Assembly (NCBI GenBank): GCA_964016885.1
Contig: OZ024743.1
Span: forward strand, 141,980,001-142,044,000
Direction: 5' to 3'
From: Eledone cirrhosa
Taxonomy: Eukaryota
DNA length: 64,000 nt
The notes under the pieces are model-generated. The model made no database searches and was not told the DNA's origin. It saw nothing but the letters and a program-made list of their open reading frames with translations. Position numbers and translations under genes: made by a program. Numbering within the stretch: position 1 is the first letter of the stretch; each line of letters opens with the position of its first letter. Below, in pieces: positions 11,831 to 23,800 of the stretch.

Positions 11831-14800
11831 TGCTTGGTGTTTGGTGTTTGGTGCTTGGTGCTTGGTGCTTCGTGTTTGGTGTTTGGTGCTTGGTGTCTGG
11901 AGCTTGGTGTTTGGTGTTTGGTGCTTGGTGTTTGGTGTTTGGTGCTTGGTGCTTGGTGTTTGGTGCTTGGTGCTTGGTGTTTGTACTTGGTGCTTGGTGC
12001 TTGGTGTTTGGTGCTTGGTTCTTGGTGTTTTGTGCTTGGTGTTTGGAGCTTGGTGCTTGGTGTTTGGTGCTTGGTGCTTGGTGTTTGCTCTTGGTGCTTG
12101 GTGCTTGGTGTTTGGTGCTTGGTTCTTGGTGTTTGGTGCTTGGTGTTTGGAGCTTGGTGCTTGGTGTTTGGTGCTTGGTGCTTGGTGTTTGGTGTTTGGT
12201 GCTTGGTGCTTGGTGTTTGGTGTTTGGTGCTTGGTGTTTGGTGTTTCGTGCTTGGTGCTTGGTGTTTGTTGCTTGGTACTTGGTGCATGGTGTTTGGTGC
12301 TGGGTGCTTGGTGTTTTGTGCTTGGTTCTTGGTGTTTGGTGTTTGGTGCTTGGTACTTGGTGTCTGGAGCTTGGTGTTTGGTGTTTGGTGCTTGGTGTTT
12401 GGTGCTTGGTGCTTGGTGTTTGGTGTTTGGTGTTTGATGCTTGGTGTTTTATGATTGGTGCTTGGTGTTTGGTGCTTGGTGTTTGTATTTGGTGCTTGGT
12501 GCTTGGTGTTTTGTGCTTGGTTCTTGGTGTTTGGTGTTTGGTGCTTGGTACTTGGTGCTTGGTGTTAGGTGTTTGGTGCTTGGTGCTTGGTGTTTGGTGT
12601 TTGGTCCTTGGTGCTTGGTGCTTGGTGCTTAGTGCTTGGTGCTTGGTGTTTGTTGTTTGGTGCTTTCTGTTTGCTGCTTGGTGTTTGCTGCTTGGTGCTT
12701 GGTGTTTGGTGTTTGGTGCTTGGTGCTTGGTGTTTGTTGCTTGGTACTTGGTGCATGGTGTTTGGTGCTGGGTGCTTGGTGTTTTGTGCTTGGTTCTTGG
12801 TGTTTGGTGTTTGGTGCTTGGTACTTGGTGTCTGGAGCTTGGTGTTTGGTGTTTGGTGCTTGGTGTTTGGTGCTTGGTGCTTGGTGTTTGGTGTTTGGTG
12901 TTTGATGCTTGGTGTTTTATGCTTGGTGCTTGGTGTTTGGTGCTTGGTGTTTGTATTTGGTGCTTGGTGCTTGGTGTTTGGTGCTTGGTACTTGGTGCTT
13001 GGTGTTAGGTGTTTGGTGCTTGGTGCTTGGTGTTTGGTGTTTGGTCCTTGGTGCTTGGTGCTTGGTGTTTAGTGCTTGGTGCTTGGTGTTTGTTGTTTGG
13101 TGCTTTCTGTTTGCTGCTTGGTGTTTGCTGCTTGGTGCTTGGTGCTTGGTGTTTGGTGTTTGGTGCTAGGTGCTTGGTGTTTGGTGTTTGGTGTTTGATG
13201 CTTGGTGTTTGGTGCTTGGTGTTTGGTGCTTGGTGCTTGGGGCTTGGTGTTTGGTGCTTGGTGCTTGGTGCTTGGTGTTTGGTGCTTGGTGCTTGGTGTT
13301 TGGTGTTTGGTGTTTGGTGCTTGGTGCTTGGTGTTTGGTGCTTGGTGCTTGGTGCTGGGTGGTTGGTATTTGGTGCTTGGTGCTTGGTGTTTGGTGCTTG
13401 GTGCTTGGTGCTTGGTGTTTGGTGCTTGGTGCTTGGTGCTTGGTCTTTGGTGCTTGGTGTTTGGTGTTTGGTGCTTGGTGCTTTGTGTTTGGTGCTTGGT
13501 GATTAGTGTTTGGTGCTTGGTACTTGGTGTTTGGTGCTTGGTGTTTGGTGTTTGCTGTTTGGTGTTTGGTGTTTGCTGTTTGCTGTTTGGTGTCTGCTTT
13601 TTGGTGTTTGGTGTTTGCTGTATGGTGTTTGCTGTTTCGTGTTTGCTGTTTGCTGTTTCGTGTTTGGTGTTTGCTGTTTGGTGTTTGGTCTTTGGTGCTT
13701 GGTGTTTGGTGCTTGGTGCTTGGTGTTTGGTGTTTGGTGCTTGGTGCTTGGTGCTTGGTGTTTGGTGCTTGGTGTCTGGTGCTTGGTCTCTGGTGCTTGG
13801 TGTTTGGTGTTTGGTGTTTGGTGCTTGGTGTTTGGTGTTTGGTGTTTGGTGCTTGTTGCTTGGTGCTTGGTGCTTGGTGTTTGGTGCTTGGTGCTTGGTG
13901 TTTGGTGCTGGGTGCTTGGTGTTTGGTGCTTGGTGCTTGGTGCTTGGTGTTTGGTGTTTGGTGCTTGGTGCTTGGTGTTTGGTGTTTGGTGTTATATGCT
14001 TGGTGTTTGATGCTTGGTGCTTGGTGCTTGGTGTTTGGTGTTTGGTGCTTGGTGTTTTATGCTTGGTGTTTGATGTTTGGTGCTTGGTGCTTGGTGTTTG
14101 GTGCTTGGTGCTTGGTGTTACTACTTGGTGCTTGGTGCTTGGTTCTTGGTTTTTGGTGCTTGGTGCTTGGTGCTTGGTGCTGGGTGGTTGGTATTTGGTG
14201 CTTGGTGCTTGGTGCTTGGTCTTTGGTGCTTGGTGTTTGGTGTTTGGTGCTTGGTGCTTTGTGTTTGGTGCTTGGTGATTAGTGTTTGGTGCTTGGTACT
14301 TGGTGTTTGGTGCTTGGTGTTTGGTGTTTGCTGTTTGGTGTTTGGTGTTTGCTGTTTGCTGTTTGGTGTATGCTTTTTGGTGTTTGGTGTTTGCTGTATG
14401 GTGTTTGCTGTTTCGTGTTTGGTGTTTGCTGTTTGGTGTTTGGTGTTTGCTGTTTGGTGTTTGGTCTTTGGTGCTTGGTGTTTGGTGCTTGGTGCTTGGT
14501 GTTTGGTGTTTGGTGCTTGGTGCTTGGTGCTTGGTGTTTGGTGCTTGGTGTCTGGTGCTTGGTCTCTGGTGCTTGGTGTTTGGTGTTTGGTGTTTGGTGC
14601 TTGGTGTTTGGTGTTTGGTGTTTGGTGTTTGGTGCTTGTTGCTTGGTGCTTGGTGCTTGGTGTTTGGTGCTTGGTGCTTGGTGTTTGGTGCTGGGTGCTT
14701 GGTGTTTGGTGTTATATGCTTGGTGTTTGATGCTTGGTGCTTGGTGCTTGGTGTTTGGTGTTTGGTGCTTGGTGTTTTATGCTTGGTGTTTGATGTTTGG

Positions 14801-17800
14801 TGCTTGGTGCTTGGTGTTTGGTGCTTGGTGCTTGGTGTTTCTACTTGGTGCTTGGTGCTTGGTTCTTGGTGTTTGGTGCTTGGTGCTTGGTGTTTGGTGC
14901 TTGGTGTTTGGTGCTTGGTGTTTGGTGCTTGGTGTTTGGTGCTTGGTGCCTGGTGCTTGGTGCTTGGTGCTTGGTGTTTGGTGCTTGGTGTTTGGTGCTG
15001 GTATTAGGTGTTTGGTGCTTGGTGCTTGGTGTTTGGTGTTTGGTGCTTGGTGTTTGGTGCTTGGTGTTTGGTGTTTGGTGCTTGGTGTTTGGTGCTTGGT
15101 ACTTGGTGCTTGGTGCTTGGTGTTAGGTGTTTGGTGCTTGGTGCTTGGTGTTTGGTTTTTGGTGCTTGGTGCTTGGTGTTTGGTGTTTGGTGCTTGCTGC
15201 TGGCTGCTTGGTGTTTGGTGCTTGGTGATTGGTGCTTGGTGTTTGGTGCTTGGTGTCTGGTGTTTGGTACTAGGTGCTTGGTGCTTGGTGTTTGGTGCTT
15301 GGTGCTTGGTGTTTGGTGTTTGGTGATTGGTGCTTGGTGTTTGGTGCTTGGTGCTGGGTTCTGGGTGGTTGGTGTTTGGTGCTTGGTGTTTGGTGCTGGG
15401 TGCTTGGTGTTTGGTGCTTGGTGCTTGGTCTTTGGTGTTTGGTGTTTGGTGTTTGGGGCTTGGTGCTTGGTGCTTGGTGTTTGGTGCTTGGTGCTTGGTG
15501 TTTGGTGCTTGGTGCTTAGTGTTTGGTGCTAGGTGCTTGGCGTTTGGTGTTTGGTGCTTGGTGCTTGGTGTTTGGTGCTTAGTGCTTGGTGTTTGGTGTT
15601 TGGTGCTTGGTGCTTGGTGTTTGGTGTTTCCTGTTTGCTGCTTGGTGTTTGGTGTTTGGTGTTTGGTGCTTGGTGCTTGGTGTTTGGTGCTTGGTGCTTG
15701 GTGTTTGGTGCCTGGTGCTTGGGGCTTGGTGTTTGGTGTTTGGTGCTTGGTGCTTGGAGTTTGGTGTTTGGTGCTTGGTGCTTGGTGTTTTGTGTTTGGT
15801 GTTTGTTTTTTGGTGCTTGGTGCTTGGTGCTTGGTGCTTGGTCCTTGGTGTTTGGTGCTTGGTGCTTGGTGTTTGTACTTGGTGCTTGGTGCTTGGTGTT
15901 TGGTTCTTGGTTCTTGGTGTTTGGTACTTGGTGCTTGGTGCTTGGTGTTTGGTGCTTGGTGCTTGGTGTTTGGTGTTTGGTGTTTGGTGCTTGGTGCTTG
16001 GTGCTTGGTGCTGGGTGGTTGGTATTTGGTGCTTGGTGCTTGGTGTTTGGTGCTTGGTGCTTGGTGCTTGGTGTTTGGTGCTTGGTGCTTGGTGCTTGGT
16101 CTTTGGTGCTTGGTGTTTGGTGTTTGGTGCTTGGTGCTTTGTGTTTGGTGCTTGGTGATTAGTGTTTGGTGCTTGGTACTTGGTGTTTGGTGCTTGCTGT
16201 TTGGTGTTTGCTGTTTGGTGTTTGGTGTTTGGTGTTTGCTGTTTGGTGTCTGCTTTTTGGTGTTTGGTGTTTGCTGTATGGTGTTTGCTGTTTCGTGTTT
16301 GGTGTTTGCTGTTTGGTGTTTGGTGTTTGCTGTTTGGTGTTTGGTCTTTGGTGCTTGGTGTTTGGTGCTTGGTGCTTGGTGTTTGGTGTTTGGTGCTTGG
16401 TGTTTGGTGTTTGGTGCTTGGTGCTTGGTGCTTGGTGTTTGGTGCTTGGTGTCTGGTGCTTGGTGTCTGGTGCTTGGTGTTTGGTGTTTGGTGTTTGGTG
16501 CTTGGTGTTTGGTGTTTGGTGTTTGGTGTTTGGTGCTTGTTGCTTGGTGCTTGGTGCTTGGTGTTTGGTGCTTGGTGCTTGGTGTTTGGTGCTGGGTGCT
16601 TGGTGTTTGGTGCTTGGTGCTTGGTGCTTGGTGTTTGGTGTTTGGTGCTTGGTGCTTGGTGTTTGGTGTTTGGTGTTATATGCTTGGTGTTTGGTGCTTG
16701 GTGCTTGGTGTTTGGTGTTTGGTTCTTGATGCTTGGTATTTGGTGCTTGGTGCTTGCTGCTTGGTGTTTGGTGCTTGGTGATTGATGCTTGGTGTTTGGT
16801 GCTTGGTGCTTGGTGTTTGGTTTTTGGTGCTAGGTGCTTGGTGCTTGGTGTTTGGTGCTTGGTGTTTGGTGTTTGGTGCTTGGTGCTTGGTGTTTGGTAC
16901 TTGGTGCTTGGTGCTTGGTGTTTGGTGCTTGGTGCTTGGTGTTTGGTGTTTGGTGTTTGGTGCTTGGTGCTTGGTGTTTGGTGCTTGGTGCTGGGTGGTT
17001 GGTGTTTGGTGCTTGGTGCTTGGTGTTTTGTGCTAGGTGCATGGTGCCTGGTGTTTGGTGCTTGGTGCTTGGTGCTTGGTCTTTGGTGTTTGGTGTTTAG
17101 TGCTTGGTGCTTGGTGCTTGGTGCTTGGTGCTTGGTGCTTGGTCCTTGGTGTTTGGTGCTTGGTGCTTCGTGTTTGGTGTTTGGTGCTTGGTGCTTGGTG
17201 CTTCGTGTTTGGTGTTTGGTGCTTGGTGTCTGGAGCTTGGTGTTTGGTGTTTGGTGCTTGGTGTTTGCTGTTTGGTGCTTGGTGCTTGGTGCTTGGTCTT
17301 TGGTGCTTGGTGTTTGGTGTTTGGTGCTTGGTGCTTTGTGTTTGGTGCTTGGTGATTAGTGTTTGGTGCTTGGTACTTGGTGTTTGGTGCTTGGTGTTTG
17401 GTGTTTGCTGTTTGGTGTTTGGTGTTTGCTGTTTGCTGTTTGGTGTCTGCTTTTTGGTGTTTGGTGTTTGCTGTATGGTGTTTGCTGTTTCGTGTTTGGT
17501 GTTTCCTGTTTGGTGTTTGGTGTTTGCTGTTTGGTGTTTGGTCTTTGGTGCTTGGTGTTTGGTGCTTGGTGCTTGGTGTTTGGTGTTTGGTGCTTGGTGC
17601 TTGGTGCTTGGTGTTTGGTGCTTGGTGTCTGGTGCTTGGTGTCTGGTGCTTGGTGTTTGGTGTTTGGTGTTTGGTGCTTGGTGTTTGGTGTTTGGTGTTT
17701 GGTGTTTGGTGTTGTTGCTTGGTGCTTGGTGCTTGGTGTTTGGTGCTTGGTGCTTGGTGTTTGGTGCTGGGTGCTTGGTGTTTGGTGCTTGGTGCTTGGT

Positions 17801-20800
17801 GCTTGGTGTTTGGTGTTTGGTGCTTGGTGCTTGGTGTTTGGTGTTTGGTGTTATATGCTTGGTGTTTGATGCTTGGTGCTTGGTGCTTGGTGTTTGGTGT
17901 TTGGTGCTTGGTGTTTTATGCTTGGTGTTTGATGTTTGGTGCTTGGTGCTTGGTGTTTGGTGCTTGGTGCTTGGTGTTTCTACTTGGTGCTTGGTGCTTG
18001 GTGTTTGGTTCTTGGTTCTTGGTGTTTGGTACTTGGTGCTTGGTGCTTGGTGTTTGGTGCTTGGTGCTTGGAGTTTGGTGTTTGGTGCTTGGTGCTTGGT
18101 GTTTTGTGTTTGGTGTTTGGTTTTTGGTGCTTGGTGCTTGGTGCTTGGTGCTTGGTCCTTGGTGTTTGTTGCTTGGTGCTTGGTGTTTGTACTTGGTGCT
18201 TGGTGCTTGGTGTTTGGTGCTTGGTTCTTGGTGTTTGGTACTTGGTGCTTGGTGCTTGGTGTTTGGTGCTTGGTGCTTGGTGTTTGGTGTTTGGTGTTTG
18301 GTGCTTGGTGCTTGGTGTTTGGTGCTTGGTGCTGGGTGGTTGGTGTTTGGTGCTTGGTGCTTGGTGTTTTGTGCTAGGTGCATGGTGCCTGGTGTTTGGT
18401 GCTTGGTGCTTGGTGCTTGGTCTTTGGTGTTTGGTGTTTAGTGCTTGGTGCTTGGTGCTTGGTGCTTGGTGCTTGGTGCTTGGTCCTTGGTGTTTGGTGC
18501 TTGGTGCTTGGTGTTTGGTGTTTGGTGCTTGGTGCTTGGTGCTTCGTGTTTGGTGTTTGGTGCTTGGTGTCTGGAGCTTGGTGTTTGGTGTTTGGTGCTT
18601 GGTGTTTGGTGTTTGGTGCTTGGTGCTTGGTGTTTGGTGCTTGGTGCTTGGTGCTTGGTGTTTGGTGCTTGGTGCTTGGTGCTTGGTCTTTGGTGCTTGG
18701 TGTTTGGTGTTTGGTGCTTGGTGCTTTGTGTTTGGTGCTTGGTGATTAGTGTTTGGTGCTTGGTACTTGGTGTTTGGTGCTTGGTGTTTGGTGTTTGCTG
18801 TTTGGTGTTTGGTGTTTGCTGTTTGCTGTTTGGTGTCTGCTTTTTGGTGTTTGGTGTTTGCTGTATGGTGTTTGCTGTTTCGTGTTTGGTGTTTGCTGTT
18901 TGGTGTTTGGTGTTTGCTGTTTGGTGTTTGGTCTTTGGTGCTTGGTGTTTGGTGCTTGGTGCTTGGTGTTTGGTGTTTGGTGCTTGGTGCTTGGTGCTTG
19001 GTGTTTGGTGCTTGGTGTCTGGTGCTTGGTGTCTGGTGCTTGGTGTTTGGTGTTTGGTGTTTGGTGCTTGGTGTTTGGTGTTTGGTGTTTGGTGTTTGGT
19101 GCTTGTTGCTTGGTGCTTGGTGCTTGGTGTTTGGTGCTTGGTGCTTGGTGTTTGGTGCTGGGTGCTTGGTGTTTGGTGCTTGGTGCTTGGTGCTTGGTGT
19201 TTGGTGTTTGGTGCTTGGTGCTTGGTGTTTGGTGTTTGGTGTTATATGCTTGGTGTTTGATGCTTGGTGCTTGGTGCTTGGTGTTTGGTGTTTGGTGCTT
19301 GGTGTTTTATGCTTGGTGTTTGATGTTTGGTGCTTGGTGCTTGGTGTTTGGTGCTTGGTTCTTGGTGTTTCTACTTGGTGCTTGGTGCTTGGTGTTTGGT
19401 TCTTGGTTCTTGGTGTTTGGTACTTGGTGCTTGGTGCTTGGTGTTTGGTGCTTGGTGCTTGGAGTTTGGTGTTTGGTGCTTGGTGCTTGGTGTTTTGTGT
19501 TTGGTGTTTGGTTTTTGGTGCTTGGTGCTTGGTGCTTGGTGCTTGGTCCCTGGTGTTTGGTGCTTGGTGCTTGGTGTTTGTACTTGGTGCTTGGTGCTTG
19601 GTGTTTGGTGCTTGGTTCTTGGTGTTTGGTACTTGGTGCTTGGTGCTTGGTGTTTGGTGCTTGGTGCTTGGTGTTTGGTGTTTGGTGTTTGGTGCTTGGT
19701 GCTTGGTGTTTGGTGCTTGGTGCTTGGTGCTGGGTGGTTGGTATTTGGTGCTTGGTGCTTGGTGTTTGGTGCTTGGTGCTTGGTGCTTGGTGTTTGGTGC
19801 TTGGTGCTTGGTGCTTGGTCTTTGGTGCTTGGTGTTTGGTGTTTGGTGCTTGGTGCTTTGTGTTTGGTGCTTGGTGATTAGTGTTTGGTGCTTGGTACTT
19901 GGTGTTTGGTGCTTGGTGTTTGGTGTTTGCTGTTTGGTGTTTGGTGTTTGGTGTTTGCTGTTTGGTGTCTGCTTTTTGGTGTTTGGTGTTTGCTGTATGG
20001 TGTTTGCTGTTTCGTGTTTGGTGTTTGCTGTTTGGTGTTTGGTGTTTGCTGTTTGGTGTTTGGTCTTTGGTGCTTGGTGTTTGGTGCTTGGTGCTTGGTG
20101 TTTGGTGTTTGGTGCTTGGTGTTTGGTGTTTGGTGCTTGGTGCTTGGTGCTTGGTGTTTGGTGCTTGGTGTCTGGTGCTTGGTGTCTGGTGCTTGGTGTT
20201 TGGTGTTTGGTGTTTGGTGCTTGGTGTTTGGTGTTTGGTGTTTGGTGTTTGGTGCTTGTTGCTTGGTGCTTGGTGCTTGGTGTTTGGTGCTTGGTGCTTG
20301 GTGTTTGGTGCTGGGTGCTTGGTGTTTGGTGCTTGGTGCTTGGTGTTTGGTGTTTGGTGCTTGGTGCTTGGTGTTTGGTGTTTGGTGTTATATGCTTGGT
20401 GTTTGGTGCTTGGTGCTTGGTGTTTGGTGTTTGGTTCTTGATGCTTGGTATTTGGTGCTTGGTGCTTGCTGCTTGGTGTTTGGTGCTTGGTGATTGATGC
20501 TTGGTGTTTGGTGCTTGGTGCTTGGTGTATGGTTTTTGGTGCTAGGTGCTTGGTGCTTGGTGTTTGGTGCTTGGTGTTTGGTGTTTGGTGCTTGGTGCTT
20601 GGTGTTTGGTACTTGGTGCTTGGTGCTTGGTGTTTGGTGCTTGGTGCTTGGTGTTTGGTGTTTCGTGTTTGGTGCTTGGTGCTTGGTGTTTGGTGCTTGG
20701 TGCTGGGTGGTTGGTGTTTGGTGCTTGGTGCTTGGTGTTTTGTGCTAGGTGCATGGTGCCTGGTGTTTGGTGCTTGGTGCTTGGTGCTTGGTCTTTGGTG

Positions 20801-23800
20801 TTTGGTGTTTAGTGCTTGGTGCTTGGTGCTTGGTGCTTGGTGCTTGGTCCTTGGTGTTTGGTGCTTGGTGTCTGGTGCTTGGTGTTTGGTGTTTGGTGTT
20901 TGGTGCTTGGTGTTTGGTGTTTGGTGTTTGGTGTTTGGTGCTTGTAGCTTGGTGCTTGGTGCTTGGTGTTTGGTGCTTGGTGCTTGGTGTTTGGTGCTGG
21001 GTGCTTGGTGTTTGGGGCTTGGTGCTTGGTGTTTGGTGTTTGGTGCTTGGTGCTTGGTGTTTGGTGTTTGGTGTTATATGCTTGGTGTTTGGTGCTTGGT
21101 TCTTGATGCTTGGTATTTGGTGCTTGGTGCTTGCTGCTTGGTGTTTGGTGCTTGGTGATTGATGCTTGGTGTTTGGTGCTTGGTGCTTGGTGTTTGGTTT
21201 TTGGTGCTAGGTGCTTGGTGTTTGGTGCTTGGTGTTTGGTGTTTGGTGCTTGGTGCTTGGTGTTTGGTACTTGGTGCTTGGTGCTTGGTGTTTGGTGCTT
21301 GGTGCTTGGTGTTTGGTGTTTGGTGTTTGGTGCTTGGTGCTTGGTGTTTGGTGCTTGGTGCTGGGTGGTTGGTGTTTGGTGCTTGGTGCTTGGTGTTTTG
21401 TGCTAGGTGCATGGTGCCTGGTGTTTGGTGCTTGGTGCTTGGTGCTTGGTCTTTGGTGTTTGGTGTTTAGTGCTTGGTGCTTGGTGCTTGGTGCTTGGTG
21501 CTTGGTGCTTGGTCCTTGGTGTTTGGTGCTTGGTGCTTGGTGTTTGGTGTTTGGTGCTTGGTGCTTGGTGCTTCGTGTTTGGTGTTTGGTGCTTGGTGTC
21601 TGGAGCTTGGTGTTTGGTGTTTGGTGCTTGGTGTTTGGTGCTTGGTGCTTGGTGCTTGGTGTTTGGTGCTTGGTGCTTGGTGTTTGGTGCTTGGTGCTTT
21701 GTGTTTGGTGCTTGGTGATTAGTGTTTGGTGCTTGGTACTTGGTGTTTGGTGCTTGGTGTTTGGTGTTTGGTGTTTGGTGTTTGGTGCTGGGTGCTTGGT
21801 GTTTGGTGCTTGGTGCTTGGTGCTTGGTGTTTGGTGTTTGGTGCTTGGTGCTTGGTGTTTGGTGTTTGGTGTTATATGCTTGGTGTTTGATGCTTGGTGC
21901 TTGGTGCTTGGTGTTTGGTGTTTGGTGCTTGGTGCTTGGTGCTTGGTGCTTGGTGTTTGGTGCTTGGTGTTTGGTGCTTGGTGTTTGGTGCTTGGTGCCT
22001 GGTGCTTGGTGCTTGTTGCTTGGTGTTTGTTGCTTGGTGTTTGGTGCTTGGTATTAGGTGTTTGGTGCTTGGTGCTTGGTGTTTGGTGTTTGGTGCTTGG
22101 TGTTTGGTGCTTGGTGTTTGGTGTTTGGTGCTTGGTGTTTGGTGCTTGGTACTTGGTGCTTGGTGCTTGGTGTTAGGTGTTTGGTGCTTGGTGCTTGGTG
22201 TTTGGTTTTTGGTGCTTGGTGCTTGGTGTTTGGTGTTTGGTGCTTGCTGCTGGCTGCTTGGTGTTTGGTGCTTGGTGATTAGTGCTTGGTCTTTGGTGCT
22301 TGGTGTTTGGTGTTTGGTGCTAGGTGCTTGGTGCTTGGTGTTTGGTGCTTGGTGCTTGGTGTTTGGTGTTTGGTGATTGGTGCTTGGTGTTTGGTGCTTG
22401 GTGCTGGGTTCTGGGTGGTTGGTGTTTGGTGCTTGGTGTTTGGTGCTGGGTGCTTGGTGTTTGGTGCTTGGTGCTTGGTCTTTGGTGTTTGGTGTTTGGT
22501 GTTTGGGGCTTGGTGCTTGGTGCTTGGTGTTTGGTGCTTGGTGCTTGGTGTTTGGTGCTTGGTGCTTAGTGTTTGGTGCTAGGTGCTTGGGGTTTGGTGT
22601 TTGGTGCTTGGTGCTTGGTGTTTGGTGCTTGGTGCTTGGTGTTTGGTGTTTGGTGCTTGGTGCTTGGTGTTTGGTGTTTCCTGTTTGCTGTTTGGTGTTT
22701 GGTGTTTGCTGTTTGGTGTCTGCTTTTTGGTGTTTGGTGTTTGCTGTATGTTATTTGCTGTTTGGTGTTTGGTGTTTGGTGTTTGGTGCTTGGTGCTTGG
22801 TGTTTGGTGCTTGGTGCTTGGTGTTTGGTGCCTGGTGCTTGGGGCTTGGTGTTTGGTGTTTGGTGCTTGGTGCTTGGAGTTTGGTGTTTGGTGCTTGGTG
22901 CTTGGTGTTTTGTGTTTGGTGTTTGGTTTTTGGTGCTTGGTGCTTGGTGCTTGGTGCTTCGTCCTTGGTGTTTGGTGCTTGGTGCTTGGTGTTTGTACTT
23001 GGTGCTTGGTGCTTGGTGTTTGGTTCTTGGTTCTTGGTGTTTGGTACTTGGTGCTTGGTGCTTGGTGTTTGGTGCTTGGTGCTTGGTGTTTGGTGTTTGG
23101 TGTTTGGTGCTTGGTGCTTGGTGTTTGGTGCTTGGTGCTTGGTGCTGGGTGGTTGGTATTTGGTGCTTGGTGCTTGGTGTTTGGTGCTTGGTGCTTGGTG
23201 CTTGGTGTTTGGTGCTTGGTGCTTGGTGCTTGGTGCTTGGTCTTTGGTGCTTGGTGTTTGGTGTTTGGTGCTTGGTGCTTTGTGTTTGGTGCTTGGTGAT
23301 TAGTGTTTGGTGCTTGGTACTTGGTGTTTGGTGCTTGGTGTTTGGTGTTTGCTGTTTGGTGTTTGGTGTTTGGTGTTTGCTGTTTGGTGTCTGCTTTTTG
23401 GTGTTTGGTGTTTGCTGTATGGTGTTTGCTGTTTTGTGTTTGGTGTTTGCTGTTTGGTGTTTGGTGTTTGCTGTTTGGTGTTTGGTCTTTGGTGTTTGGT
23501 GTTTGGTGCTTGGTGCTTGGTGTATGGTGTTTGGTGCTTGGTGTTTGGTGTTTGGTGCTTGGTGCTTGGTGCTTGGTGTTTGGTGCTTGGTGTCTGGTGC
23601 TTGGTGTCTGGTGCTTGGTGTTTGGTGTTTGGTGTTTGGTGCTTGGTGTTTGGTGTTTGGTGTTTGGTGTTTGGTGCTTGTTGCTTGGTGCTTGGTGCTT
23701 GGTGTTTGGTGCTTGGTGCTTGGTGTTTCGTGCTGGGTGCTTGGTGTTTGGTGCTTGGTGCTTGGTGTTTGGTGTTTGGTGCTTGGTGCTTGGTGTTTGG